DNA of 64,000 bases from Selaginella moellendorffii (GCF_000143415.4 NW_003314302.1:146151-210150), one strand, 5' to 3'; numbered from the stretch's first letter, positions 23,660 to 36,800 are shown. Numbers and translations: made by a program. The notes: generated by a model not told the origin, from the sequence alone.

Positions 23660-25200
23660 GGGGCTATAGAGGGTTTCAAAAGTATAATAGGGATAGTGAA
23701 GTTTAAGATCAAGTTTTGAAAGAATTCTATAATGGTGCTTCCAAAATGAATTGAGGTTAGGACTAAAGGTTAGTAGCCTTAGGTGAGAGTGAGTATGGAT
23801 TTGAGTGGTGTTACAAAAGCCACCCAAGGAAATACTCAAAAATAACTTCCACTCTCAAAAGGGAAACTGACAATGGTACTCCTCACTCATATGAAGTAGT
23901 GTCCCACTTAAGTACCACAAGGCTTATTAGTCCCCAGTCCCGTGTAGGGATTAGGGCTTTCCCATTAGGACGAAAGTGGGGGAGTAATCTCCTGAGGGGT
24001 TGGGGGAGGGCTGTTGTAGAGGGTTCCAAAAGTATAATAGAGATAGTGAGGTTTAGAACTTAGTTTTGAAAGAACTTTTTAATGGTGCTTCCAAATCGAG
24101 TTAAAATTGGGATTAGGGGTTAATGGCCTTGGGTGGGTAGAGGAGTTACCCAAGGAAATGCTCAAAAACAACTTTTACTCTTAAAAGGAAAATTGACAAT
24201 AATGCTCTTGGCTTATATAGAGTAGTGCCCTATTTAAGTATTATGTGGCTTATTAATCCTCGTTCCTTCCTAAAAGCTTGGGGATGGAAATGAGGGAGTA
24301 GGGGTATTCATACTAGGCTGTTAAGCCATAGTATTTCCCTCTAGGGTCCCGAAGTAAAAAATGCACCCAAGACTTAGGATTTAGAGGGTTTTATAATCAA
24401 ATCTTGTTGTACCAAGGGATATTAAGAATCTAAAGCCTTGGTGTGCTTGGCTATTTATGCTTGTGGGGAGTGTAACTGAATCTTAAATCCAATCTAACCC
24501 AAAGAGGGGGATTGGAAAAGAATTCAGGAATCTATAGATAGATGGCTAACACCTTGTTACTTGTACAGTGAGTAGTTAAATCCAAGTAGGAGTTAGTATA
24601 ATAAGTGGAAACTTTGGTAATGAAACTGAACTAAGGCCAAGGCAGTGGTGGTCGGATAAATGAGGTAAACTAGTAAATTAGAAAGAAAAAATTTGTGATT
24701 TACAATTTGGTATTAGAACCTTTTCCTTAATTCTAGTGATAGATTGTTAGGAAATGGCTAAGGCATGGCATAAGTGGACCAAGGTAGAGATAAAACCTCC
24801 TTTGGAGATGAAACCTCCAATTGAACAAGAAACTATAGATGAAGAAGACTTTAATGAGGAAATTTTCAAATAAGAGTTTGGTGGTGAGATTTAGTTATTC
24901 AAGGCTTGATTGGATGCTTTGGAAGGACAATTGGCATAAACCAATGCTTTGTTAGAGACCCTCATACATGAGCTAAAATGTAATGAGAAGTGGAAGAAAA
25001 GGCAAAAGATTGTAAATGCTAGCAGTGTAGAAGGCATGGACCTTTTGATGGGGATTGAGGCAGAGCTAAACAAGATCAAATAAACTGAAGTAGAATCAAT
25101 TCCTCAAGCAGTTCCCAAGTATAAACCAAAGCCCCCACCCTAGAGTAGTTGGAGTAGAGGGGATGGGGACAACAGTAGAGGCCATAATGGGGAAGGTAAC
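23660..25200 (+). mobile_element. Degenerate LTR-retrotransposon 5' region (LTR with internal duplication, PBS-like site, gag remnant)
   Basis: Related ~270-bp blocks at ~23665 and ~24015; TTACA-att-TGGTATTAGAAC at ~24700 resembles an LTR end plus Met-tRNA PBS; decayed ORF follows. Confidence 0.5.
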
Positions 25201-26499
25201 AAAATATGTTGGCAAGCATTCTTTAGTGATGAGATAAGTTTTCTCAATTGATAGTTACAAAATTTGCTTACTTTCTTTGTTTAAGAGTGGAGGAAATCCA
25301 GATTGAGTTAAAAATCTAGTTAGATGGGGCCATACCCAAGAGTAAACATAACTTGTAATGAGACTCTTATATTTTTTTTTTTTGAGAAGTTGCAGCCAAG
25401 GGAATTCAATTGGATGGGGCTATACCTAAGAGGAAACACAACTTGCAATAAGACTTTTACATTTTTTTCTTTTTTAGTAGAAGCTATGGTTGAGGAAATT
25501 CAGTCAAATGGGGCTATGTCCAAGAGTAAGCACATCTCACAATAAAATTCTTATGTTTTTCTTTTTAAGAGAAGCTATAGCAAGGAAATTAGCTAGAAGG
25601 GGCCAATAGTAAGCATGGCTTAGCAATATGACTGTTACATTTTTCTTCATTTCATTTTTTTTTTTTTTGTTTAGAAGTTGTGCATGAGGAAATTCAGCTG
25701 GATATCACTGTGCTTGACAAAACCCCTCTATTGAAGAGTAAGCTTCATATAATTGCTAGGCAATAAGATTCTTACATTTTTTGTTTAGGAAAGGAAATCA
25801 ATAGCAAATTCCCACATATGGCAGATAGGTAGTTTTAAAACTAGCTTACTCTTTTTCCTTGTCTAGGATTTTGGAATGTCAATTGTGCAAGATCCTAGCT
25901 TCTTGGCCAGCAAGGCAAAAGTATTCCATTTCCAATTATTGAGCATCGGTGAGCTTTTGCTTTTCTATGAAGTTCTATCATCTAAGACATACTCCTCTGG
26001 GGGACCTAACAGAAGGGCTTTATATGGCTTGTGCAACTCTTTAGAGTAATAATCCCTCCACACCAAGAAGTACCATTTGCCAACCACCCATCCGAAATGT
26101 GCAGATGGCTAATGTTTCTTCTCTACACATGCTTGTAGTTAGAAATGGCAAGGGTAAGCTTTTCTTGTTGGTATGAGCATCTACGTGTTGACTCTCTATC
26201 ACTACGTGTTTAGGACTCAATTCCAGTATAAGGTATAGAATGTTTATTAGAATCATAAATGTTTCATATGTATTTTATTTGTAGGTTGTTTTGTGGAAGC
26301 TGTGTCTCTATACACCTAGGACTTTTGTAGTCCTCTACCTGGCCTTGTTCATTGTGCCTAGCATTGTGAGTTTTTGCTACTCAATGTACATTGCTTTGGG
26401 AAGTAAATAATTTCAACTTTTAAACATTATTAAGCATTTGATTTTGTTATTTTTCTTGAAGTCGTGTGGAGTGGAGTGGATGGTGTTGTATGGGGGCAG

Positions 26500-27086
26500 T
26501 ATTATAGTAATTGTAGCAATCAAAAGCTTGAGAGTTGTTTAGCTATTGAACACCACAAGCTTTGGAGCTAGCTATATTGTAATAGCTCTCTTGGGGGCCC
26601 AATACATAGCTCCAATTGCACCTTACAAAAAGTATAACTAGGTGTGTTTTTTACAATTTTCTTTCAACTTTTTTTATTTATAAAAAAGAGTTTTTTTTTC
26701 CAGCTTGTAAGGATAAATTAAAACCTCTCCCAGTTTTTGGAGACTTGACCATGAGAGAGGGGGTTGCTTATTTTCTACTCTTTCAGGTGTTTTTTATAAT
26801 TCCTATTGTTTTAGCTATTTGGTTGTAGTTATGTCTCATATTCATATCATGCTTTCATATTCATCTCATTAACTTCAAATTTTTCTCACTAAAGTTTGAT
26901 TTTATAGGTGAAGTGCTTTCTTATTTTATTTATTTATTTATTTATTATTCAAGTTCTACTGAAGGCAGCTGGTAGCCTAAAATCCCTCCCTTCATTTCTT
27001 TGCAAGAAAAAGGCATATTTCTTAGTTTGTGTGTTACCGGCTTAGAAGCATAAAAAATCAAAGGCTATAACTAGGTATTACTATAA
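26500..27086 (+). mobile_element. Possible old LTR
   Basis: Inverted termini tattatagtaat / attactataa, preceded by a purine tract gggggcag. Confidence 0.3.
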
Positions 27087-27299
27087 GGATACTCAAGACT
27101 AGATGTGGCGGCTAAGTTGGTGATGGATTTTCACTCCATAAACAACCAAGTAAGACCCATGCTTTTCCTTTCTATTAGAATAAATTTTTGCAAATGTGTT
27201 AGACTAAGCCCCATATTTGGGGAACTACTAGGGAAGAAACAAAGGTGCTATTAATTTTCAACATATACAATGTTAAATTTTGCTAAAGTGTTTTTGAAA

Positions 27300-27892
27300 A
27301 TTTATGGCTTTGTTCTGGCCTCTAGCTCTCGAGAGTTGCAACTCTCATGAAAAATAGCCAAAACAAAAGAGATAGAAAAAAGGATAGGACTAAAGAAAAT
27401 ATATTTAAGGTTGGCCTTTTCATCCCAAAAAAATATTATTAATTTTGAACCAATTGCCCCATAATTCACAACTCACTTAAATCCATTTTCTATAGGAATT
27501 ATCTTAGACTTGTTCTCAAAACAACAATGTTTTACCAGTTCTCAAGAAGGTGACAAATGAGTTTCTTATTTTGCTTCTAGTTCCTCCTAAATATCATTTG
27601 TAAGCTCAGAAAAAGGCTAAGCTAGAGGCCAAATCATGATCAATTGGTTACAAGTTGAAGGAATAATCACAAATGAATTGGTGGAAGCTAGATTGATTCA
27701 ATAAATGTCATTTACAAGCCAAGAAGGTAACAATTATATCAAGTTTTAAATACTTGGTTGGATTCCCCAGAAGAAATAGGAAATGATAAGAAAAATACAT
27801 TGAGTTTGTAACTATGTGCTTACAAATGTTAGTGTGCTACTCACATCAAACAAACACTAAAGTCAATATGCTTTTGAATGTTAGCATGGCTA
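27300..27892 (+). mobile_element. Ancient Ty3/gypsy pol (RT) remnant, left part, interrupted by the young LTR element
   Basis: Weak RT-like residues; integrase remnant resumes after 35826 on the same strand. Confidence 0.4.
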
Positions 27893-28900
27893 GAGACTGT
27901 AAGCGACTAAATTTTCCATTTTACTTTAGTCACTTAACCACACGTCTGACCACTTGGAGGAGTCTCATTGACAACTTCCATAAGTCCAACTCAGGACTTG
28001 GGGCTTGCTAACCCCGAGAATGGCATCCATGCCACTCAACCTTAGCACTTGGTCCAAGTGCTCCACGTGTCCGATCCCATGATCGACACCCCAAGGTATC
28101 ACCAATGTACCGGCCTGTTACGCTAAGGCCATGCTTATTTACCTTGGTCACACTGGTGGTCCACCACCACTTGCATCACCGTCTTGGCCCTCCAAGACTA
28201 GGCAAACCATCCGTGAGTGGTCATCTCAGATCCACTCCTTAGCATCCTTAGGATGCCCACCGACAAGGGGAATAGCCTTCCCCAATATCCCTCTGTCAGT
28301 CTCCACTAAGTCCCTTTCTGCCCCTGGCCGTGTTTGCCAACACTGCCACTGGATCGAGACCCACAGGCCCGACCACTAAGTCCCACGGTCCTCTGGGACT
28401 TCCTCACCACACGACTGTGTCCTTGGTCACTACCCCAGAGGACTGCTCCTCTTCCTTTCCACAGTCTGGGCCTTTGGGACAACATTTCAGAACACCGTGG
28501 CCTTATGCGAGCCACCTGGGTACTCTCCTCGCCTTCTGCCCTTGGGTGCTCTAGCCATGGGCTTAGAGCGGGTTCCGTTGAGCCACACCAGGTATCCAAG
28601 TAGGTAGTGCCACCCACACTTGGACTGGGAGCATCGGCCAGTCGATCTCCCGGGGGAACTAGAGCCGGCTCTTGAACACTTCACCAAGCTACCCCACTTG
28701 TCGGTCTGTGTTCACTCTAGTCTTGGACTTCCCAGTGGGCAGCTCATCACCCAACACTGGGTCTGGCCTTCCTGGGCCAAACTGGCCTTTCCTGGCCAAA
28801 CTGGCTCCACTGCAGTCCTCCCCCTACTATACTTTTGGAGCTCACCAAACCCCCCAGGGTCTGGGAGACGAACGCTTTGGGCTTTCACCCTCTCAGGCTC

Positions 28901-29597
28901 CGGACTCGGACTCGGACTCGGACTCGGACTCGGACTCGGACTCGGACTCGGACTCGGACTCGGGCTCGGACTCGGGCTCGGGCTCGGTCTCGGCCTCGGC
29001 CTTGGTCTCGGTCTCGGTCCCGATCTCGATCTCGGTCTCGGTCTCGGTCCCGGTCTCGGTCCCGGTCTCGGTCTCGACTTCGGACTCCATCTCGGACTCC
29101 ATCTCGGACTCCATCTCGGACTCCACCTCGGGTCCATCTCGGACTCCATCTCGGACTCCATCTCGGGTCCATCTTGGGTCCATCTCGGACTCCATCTCGG
29201 ACTCCATCTCGGACTCCACCTCGGGTCCATCTCGGACTCCATCTCGGGTCCCATCTCGGACTCCACCTCAGGTCCATCTCGGGTCCATCTCGGACTCCAT
29301 CTCGGACTCCATCTCGGGTCCATCTCGGACTCCATCTCGGACTCCATTTCGGTCCATCTTGGGTCCACCTCGGACTCCATCTCGGACTCCATCTCGGGTC
29401 CATCTCGGACTCCACTTCGGACTCCAACTCGGGTCCATCTCGGGTCCACCTCAGACTCCACTTCGGACTCCAACTCGGGTCCATCTCGGACTCCACTTCG
29501 GACTCCAACTCGGGTCCATCTCGGACTCCACTTCGGACTCCAACTCGAGTCCATCTCGGACTCCACTTCGGACTCCAACTCGAGTCCATCTCGGACA
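28901..29597. repeat. Compound minisatellite in the 3' LTR: (GGACTC)n, (GGTCTC)n, 12-mer CTCGGACTCCAT, 11-mer CTCGGGTCCAT
   Basis: Seen directly. Confidence 0.97.
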
Positions 29598-32500
29598 CTC
29601 CCACGTGTCATGTGTTGGTCCTTTTGGGTCCCTTTTTGGAGCCTCGCCTTTTGCTCGCTTCGTGCTCGTTCCTTGAGCACTTCGTTGGGAGTTCCACTCC
29701 CGCTCTTGACTTTTCAAGTCGGAGCTTTTGGTCCAAACGTGTTACGCTCGTTTGGCTCTCGCTTCGGCCACTACCATGTGGCGCCCTTCCGGCTCCACTT
29801 TGGGGCCTAGGGATTTTGTGTCTCACAACTCCACCACCCATAGACGAAGTTCGATGTCCTCATCGAACGGTAAACCATTTCATAAAGTAACACCCACACG
29901 TGTTACCATTTCCATCCTTGGCACCTAGCCAATCTTTGTCTATGGTTTGACACCAAAGGCTCACCATGCCTTGTCCATCCTTTAAGGAGCGTAGTCTCTC
30001 CAACTTAGAGACTGATTGGACCACATGTAATGGTTCTCTCCTTTTATTGGTTTAGTTCTTGCTAAACCTCTTAGAGACCCTTCTCTAAGTCAATCCCACT
30101 ACTCCTTCTCGAGTAGTCTCAATTTCCATCTATTGAATGTTTGCACCTTGGAACTTTTACTCTTTTGACTTTTTGGGCGTCAATTTCCTAGGTGTCTCCA
30201 ACACCTTGCATTGCACAGATTGTGCAACTCCACTTCCCTATCCTAGGAAGTTCATTACTTGAGGGCACCATAATCCTCTCTTCTATTTCGTGCCACCTTG
30301 GGCACTAAGTTCCATTTATCATACTTTGTGCTAGGGCTATCCATGGCCCTATCATTTGGCTACCTTACCGCTCCCTCACTTGGAGCCTTTACTTCGCCAA
30401 ATTGGAGCACTTAGGAATCCATCCTTGAAAGTCCGCTTCCTTTCCCACAAGCTGTTAGCATCGAACACATTAGTGTTCCTTGGCTAACTTTGCCATTTGG
30501 ATCCCTTCCATTAAATTCCATGGCCCAAACTTTGGCCACTAGTCCTTTGCTCCTATCCTTGATTGTTGCACCCAGCAACATCGGATCGCTACCTCCATTT
30601 TTGAGGTATCCTTTCGGTTCCATAGCAAAGACTCTTCTTTGCCAAGTCCGGAGGATGTTCACCCCTAGTATGTCTCTTTAGCATATTCTGCTATGGGCTC
30701 GATCCATGGCCCAACTTTGTGACCCTCCCATGGGTCTTTTATAGAGACTACTTTCCTCGGACTCACTATGCCATCGGATGGACATAGTTTATTTCCCTTA
30801 GGTGCTCTTCCCACTTGGTTATCACGACCAAGCCACACCACCTTAAACAGTTCAATTTCAACATTTTGAACCAGGAACTTCATTCCTTAGCCAACCAAGG
30901 ACCTTGTCCTTTTCTGGCCATAAGATCACCTAGTGATCTCACCTTGGCACCCTAACAGAGTTGCCAAGATGTACTTGGCTTTCTAGACCTCCAAGTTGTT
31001 GACTATAACCCCGGGGGCATCCCCCACACTTGGCGGTGCACCCAAGCTAGCCCTTATGGCCAAGGGTTCATAGCAACTGAGATTAGGTGTCCCCATCTCA
31101 CTCACCACGACCTTGGTGCCACTTGCACCAAAGTGTTCAAGTTAGATATGCTGAGCTTTCACACTAAGCAATCTAACCATGCATCACGACTCCGAGGCAT
31201 CCCTCGCTTGGCGGTGTGCCCAAACCAGTCTCCCCACTGAGAGTCCATGACCACCGAAATATGAGTGTCCTCATATTCCAAACCATCACCACGCCCTAGT
31301 GATTTGGGACTCGAACCCAAGCACTAGAGGGTCGGGACTTGAACCCAACCTCCGTATATGCATCTACGGACGGCATCACACTAGATGCCTGGCGTGACTC
31401 CCCACGCCGGTGCACCAACCTATTTTTAAAGCGCGCTACAGATCACAGCTTAGGAACCTAGTTCCTCCACACTGCCAAGTCCTCTCACTTGACATGTCTG
31501 TGATCATGCATGGACTCCTCCATGCTCGGCCCCATGGCCCACCCTTTTTGAAGTTATCACCTTCAACTAGGGTATTTGTTCCCCTGACGTGCCAATCTCG
31601 CTTGGCAAGTCCTCCGACCACTGTAACATGGTTCCTGCATAAGCGTGAAAGTCCTTGACCATTGACTTTCGTTCAAAGCCCTCTCTTTGAACACTCGGGA
31701 ACTACTTCCCTAACCTTGATAGCCTTGCCTCATGGCAAGCTTCAAGACCACGCTTCTGCTGCGCCACTCTGATTTCGCGCGTTCCATGAACCATTTACAC
31801 TTGGCCTTTCTAGGTACTAAGCAACCTAGAATCGTCTTTGGGAACCTTGAAGGAACTCTGTCCCTCAGCTTGTTAAGGCCTCCGATTTTGCAAGCCTTCC
31901 AAATGCCACATAGTCTAACATGGACAATTCCATATTTTAGACTCTCCATGGCATCACGGTTGCTAGCGGCAACACCCTTGAGCCCCCACTTGATTCTCCA
32001 CTCCCAGCTGGCATAACCAACCTTGGTTATGCCCTTTGATTCTTATGGTTCGGTTCTATCCCCTTACTTCTTGCTTTTTGGCTTCACACCTTTCCTTTGG
32101 TCATTCTCCTCCAGACCAGGAGGATAGCTTTGCACTTTCTATCACGCTTTAGCAAGTATTCTTAGGGATGAACCTACCCAATAGCCTAGGGAGTGGTTCC
32201 TCAATCCGGGTATGCTCACCTTATAATCCCACACACTAGGATTACATTGTTGCTTATGGGCCTTTACATGCCTATCACTAGCCTTGCCAAAATTCCATTT
32301 TTGGCTTTGTCCAACTTGGGTAGACAGTCCTCTCCTGTCTCCGCAACCTTGGACATTTGGATAGCACCTTCTATCCATCATTCGCTAGGGACTTAGTCCC
32401 TTGGGCTTTATCCATTGCCCTCGCGACATCAAACACCACCTTCTGGTGTTCTAGAGTGTTCGGGTGTCCCAATGATGGCTTTCTTAACAATGAGTATTTC

Positions 32501-34893
32501 CTTTTATGACATTGACTTACTATATTGCAACATAAGCAACTTATCCCCCGTAAGGGTATATCCGACTTCCCTATACTAAAAGTCTTGGGTAGCTACCTTC
32601 TACCCGTTTAACCAGTTATTTTGCACCTCTTGCTTAGTTGCCTCATAGTTGTCAAGTCCTACAACTCATTGCTTGGTGCTTTCACACCTCCATCACTATC
32701 TGGGTCACCACACTCCAACTGCATGCTCTGCAGCTTAGGCTATGCCATTCCCATTTCCATTGGGATTCCTTTGGCAAGGGGTTCTCATGAACCCACCAAC
32801 ATAGCCTCAAGGTATCACACCTTGACACATTTGGTGTCTCCACACCATCGGCTCCACGAGCCTACCTCTATGACACTTTCCCTTCGTATCTAAGTCTTTG
32901 CCAAGACCAACACCGCCCTTTCTCATGCCAACCATCTGTTAGCATTGCACCATAGAGGTCACACACAACTTTGTGTCAAAGTTGTTTTCTGCTGGGAACA
33001 CCTTTCCCATAACTTTAGCATGGCATATTTTGCCATCGATGAGATACCCTCTGTTCTCATCCTTGGATCCTATGATCCCCCCCCATCCTTTGTGGGGTAC
33101 AACACACCTCAGTCCAAATGCTTCCATCGGTCCTTTTAGGACCATCCGTTGACTCTGCTTGAGTCATCCAGCAGTTTTGGACTTGGTTAATCCACAGACC
33201 CGTAAGGTCCTACTTGTGAGGCACTAGCTCACTGGAATACACTTCTTGCATTCCTGTCCTACTCAAAAGGACTATTTTCACAAGTGTTACTCCGACACTT
33301 GATTTTGTTCTCTGGGGGCAACCTTTGCCCCTTAGGACTACTTGTCCATGTGATGAGAACACCAACTCATCCACTTAATACACCCCCAACTCCTTGGGTT
33401 GTTCCAGCATTTATTAGAGGTAGCCCCGGCTACCTTTTCGAGGACTTGAGTCCTCTTCCGTATTTGACCTCCCACGGTCATTACTTCTGGTCTCGCTTTC
33501 ATGAGCACCAACCTCAACTATGTGAGGAAAATCTTGTGACTCCTTTATTGCTTTGGAGTCTTTATCTTTCCTGTGATCCCAACTGTAGTTGTTTACCACA
33601 ACTACATTAGCCAGTTTGTTAAGTCAAACGCTCATCTGGATCACATCCTCAACTCTTTGAGGAAAACCATATACTGTTCCCAAGATCCCAAAGTCGTTCC
33701 ATTATTGGCCCTTTTCTATCCACCACCTCGTCTACAAGTTCACACATGAACTGTAATGGAGAGCCATGTCTTCCCGACTTGCTACTCCTCAAGGATAGGC
33801 CCACTCCTCGGACCTTCCGATGCCAACACTAGTGGTGATATACTTGAGCACCAATAAAAGTCGGACTAAGGAACAGCTCCGATACCAAGTTGTAAGCGAC
33901 TAAATTTTCCATTTTACTTTAGTCACTTAACCACACGTCTGACCACTTGGAGGAGTCTCATTGACAACTTCCATAAGTCCAACTCAGGACTTGGGGCTTG
34001 CTAACCCCGAGAATGGCATCCATGCCACTCAACCTTAGCACTTGGTCCAAGTGCTCCACGTGTCCGATCCCATGATCGACACCCCAAGGTATCACCAATG
34101 TACCGGCCTGTTACGCTAAGGCCATGCTTATTTACCTTGGTCACACTGGTGGTCCACCACCACTTGCATCACCGTCTTGGCCCTCCAAGACTAGGCAAAC
34201 CATCCGTGAGTGGTCATCTCAGATCCACTCCTTAGCATCCTTAGGATGCCCACCGACAAGGGGAATAGCCTTCCCCAATATCCCTCTGTCAGTCTCCACT
34301 AAGTCCCTTTCTGCCCCTGGCCGTGTTTGCCAACACTGCCACTGGATCGAGACCCACAGGCCCGACCACTAAGTCCCACGGTCCTCTGGGACTTCCTCAC
34401 CACACGACTGTGTCCTTGGTCACTACCCCAGAGGACTGCTCCTCTTCCTTTCCACAATCTGGGCCTTTGGGACAACATTTCAGAACACCGTGGCCTTATG
34501 CGAGCCACCTGGGTACTCTCCTCGCCTTCTGCCCTTGGGTGCTCTAGCCATGGGCTTAGAGCGGGTTCCGTTGAGCCACACCAGGTATCCAAGTAGGTAG
34601 TGCCACCCACACTTGGACTGGGAGCATCGGCCAGTCGATCTCCCGGGGGAACTAGAGCCGGCTCTTGAACACTTCACCAAGCTACCCCGCTTGTCGGTCT
34701 GTGTTCACTCTAGTCTTGGACTTCCCAGTGGGCAGCTCATCACCCAACACTGGGTCTGGCCTTCCTGGGCCAAACTGGCCTTTCCTGGCCAAACTGGCTC
34801 CACTGCAGTCCTCCCCCTACTATACTTTTGGAGCTCACCAAACCCCCCAGGGTCTGGGAGACGAACGCTTTGGGCTTTCACCCTCTCAGGCTC

Positions 34894-35590
34894 CGGACTC
34901 GGACTCGGACTCGGACTCGGACTCGGACTCGGACTCGGACTCGGACTCGGACTCGGGCTCGGACTCGGGCTCGGGCTCGGTCTCGGCCTCGGCCTTGGTC
35001 TCGGTCTCGGTCCCGATCTCGATCTCGGTCTCGGTCTCGGTCCCGGTCTCGGTCCCGGTCTCGGTCTCGACTTCGGACTCCATCTCGGACTCCATCTCGG
35101 ACTCCATCTCGGACTCCACCTCGGGTCCATCTCGGACTCCATCTCGGACTCCATCTCGGGTCCATCTTGGGTCCATCTCGGACTCCATCTCGGACTCCAT
35201 CTCGGACTCCACCTCGGGTCCATCTCGGACTCCATCTCGGGTCCCATCTCGGACTCCACCTCAGGTCCATCTCGGGTCCATCTCGGACTCCATCTCGGAC
35301 TCCATCTCGGGTCCATCTCGGACTCCATCTCGGACTCCATTTCGGTCCATCTTGGGTCCACCTCGGACTCCATCTCGGACTCCATCTCGGGTCCATCTCG
35401 GACTCCACTTCGGACTCCAACTCGGGTCCATCTCGGGTCCACCTCAGACTCCACTTCGGACTCCAACTCGGGTCCATCTCGGACTCCACTTCGGACTCCA
35501 ACTCGGGTCCATCTCGGACTCCACTTCGGACTCCAACTCGAGTCCATCTCGGACTCCACTTCGGACTCCAACTCGAGTCCATCTCGGACA
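34894..35590. repeat. Same compound minisatellite in the 5' LTR
   Basis: Apparently identical array at offset +5993. Confidence 0.97.
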
Positions 35591-35825
35591 CTCCCACGTG
35601 TCATGTGTTGGTCCTTTTGGGTCCCTTTTTGGAGCCTCGCCTTTTGCTCGCTTCGTGCTCGTTCCTTGAGCACTTCGTTGGGAGTTCCACTCCCGCTCTT
35701 GACTTTTCAAGTCGGAGCTTTTGGTCCAAACGTGTTACGCTCGTTTGGCTCTCGCTTCGGCCACTACCATGTGGCGCCCTTCCGGCTCCACTTTGGGGCC
35801 TAGGGATTTTGTGTCTCACAGAGAC

Positions 35826-36800
35826 AAGCTTCCAAAAGTTAAAGTGCCATTACTACATTCTTGTAAGCTCTAGGTAATCAAACCATGCCTATTAAAGTTG
35901 AATGCACCTAAAATATATGTTAGTCAGGCATCAAGATTCAGGAGTGGAGAAGGCCACAAAGAGCACCTCCACTAACAAGTGTTGTTTTATTGGACACTAT
36001 GGCATATATACATTAGAGTTGGATGGTTTTATTCTTGTGGATTTCATTTATTTATGAAGATTGGAAAGTTTCTTCTATGGTATATTTGTTTCTATTTAAT
36101 CTTAGTGAAACTAGGATTCCTTTCTACCTTCTTCTATATTTGAGCATATGCTAGAAATGCAACTCAAATAACCACTCCAAACAAAATGCCAGAAATTGTA
36201 AGATACCTTTTCCCAAGGATAAGGTTTATCATATGAAATTGTTGTGTTTAATCCTAATTATCCTCAGTAAGAATGAAAAAACTCTAATATTATAAAGTTT
36301 CTATTGAGCAAGAAGCCCTTTACACAAACTATTCGTGGATAATGGTGTTACATTTATAACTAAGGCATTTCATATTTTAACATTTTGGTTGAGGTTATGC
36401 CACACTTTTAAGAGTGTTTATCATCCACAAATGGATGGTTTGGTGAAATAACTTATTCAAACCTTCAAAGGAATGATCACAAAGTACAAAGCATTCAAAT
36501 TAAAATGGTTATTTACCATATTTTTGGTATATATATGTCATAAGTGTGCAAAATTCTATTAGTGCTTCACCATATAAATTTTTATATAGTCATGATCCAA
36601 TGGAGTTGTGTTTACTTTCACAATTGCCATAAGTTGCTAATGCTAGGTCGTAGAATTAGTATTTGATGAGTATTTTTCCATTAATTTAAGTAAAAGTTAC
36701 TAACCACTTAGGCTATGTACAACTAAAACAACAACAACAACCATTTTGGATAGGAATGCTAAAATACCACTTAACTAAAGAGGAAGTATCTAACAACAAT
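35826..36800 (+). mobile_element. Ancient Ty3/gypsy integrase remnant
   Basis: VDNG..F, YHPQMDGLVK, SPYKFLY motifs with stops. Confidence 0.65.

Larger units (their letters stand above)
27898..35820 (-). mobile_element. Young non-autonomous LTR retrotransposon (LARD-like, gypsy-derived)
   Basis: LTRs 27898-29827 and 33891-35820 (1930 bp, TG..CA, 2 substitutions noticed); TSD GAGAC at 27893-27897 and 35821-35825; PBS TGGTATCGGAGC (minus, 33877-33888); PPT-like GGGTGGTGGAGT (29828-29839); no intact gag/pol. Confidence 0.97.

Noticed and set aside
28901-29597. CRISPR-like array
   Set aside because: No unique spacers or cas genes; eukaryotic tandem repeat
28620-29890. Long overlapping ORFs with poly-GL, DS, RT, SP dipeptides (also 34613-35877)
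   Set aside because: The repeat units lack stops in all frames; they lie inside LTRs with no sign of coding constraint
30411-30681. Short ORFs open in both LTR-family copies (also 61454-61748)
   Set aside because: Under 100 aa, different ends, many non-conservative changes, no recognisable domain
31190-31230. HDV-like ribozyme (CCCTCGCTTGGCG resembles HDV L3)
   Set aside because: P1/P3 pairings and the J4/2 motif could not be built; also antisense to the element
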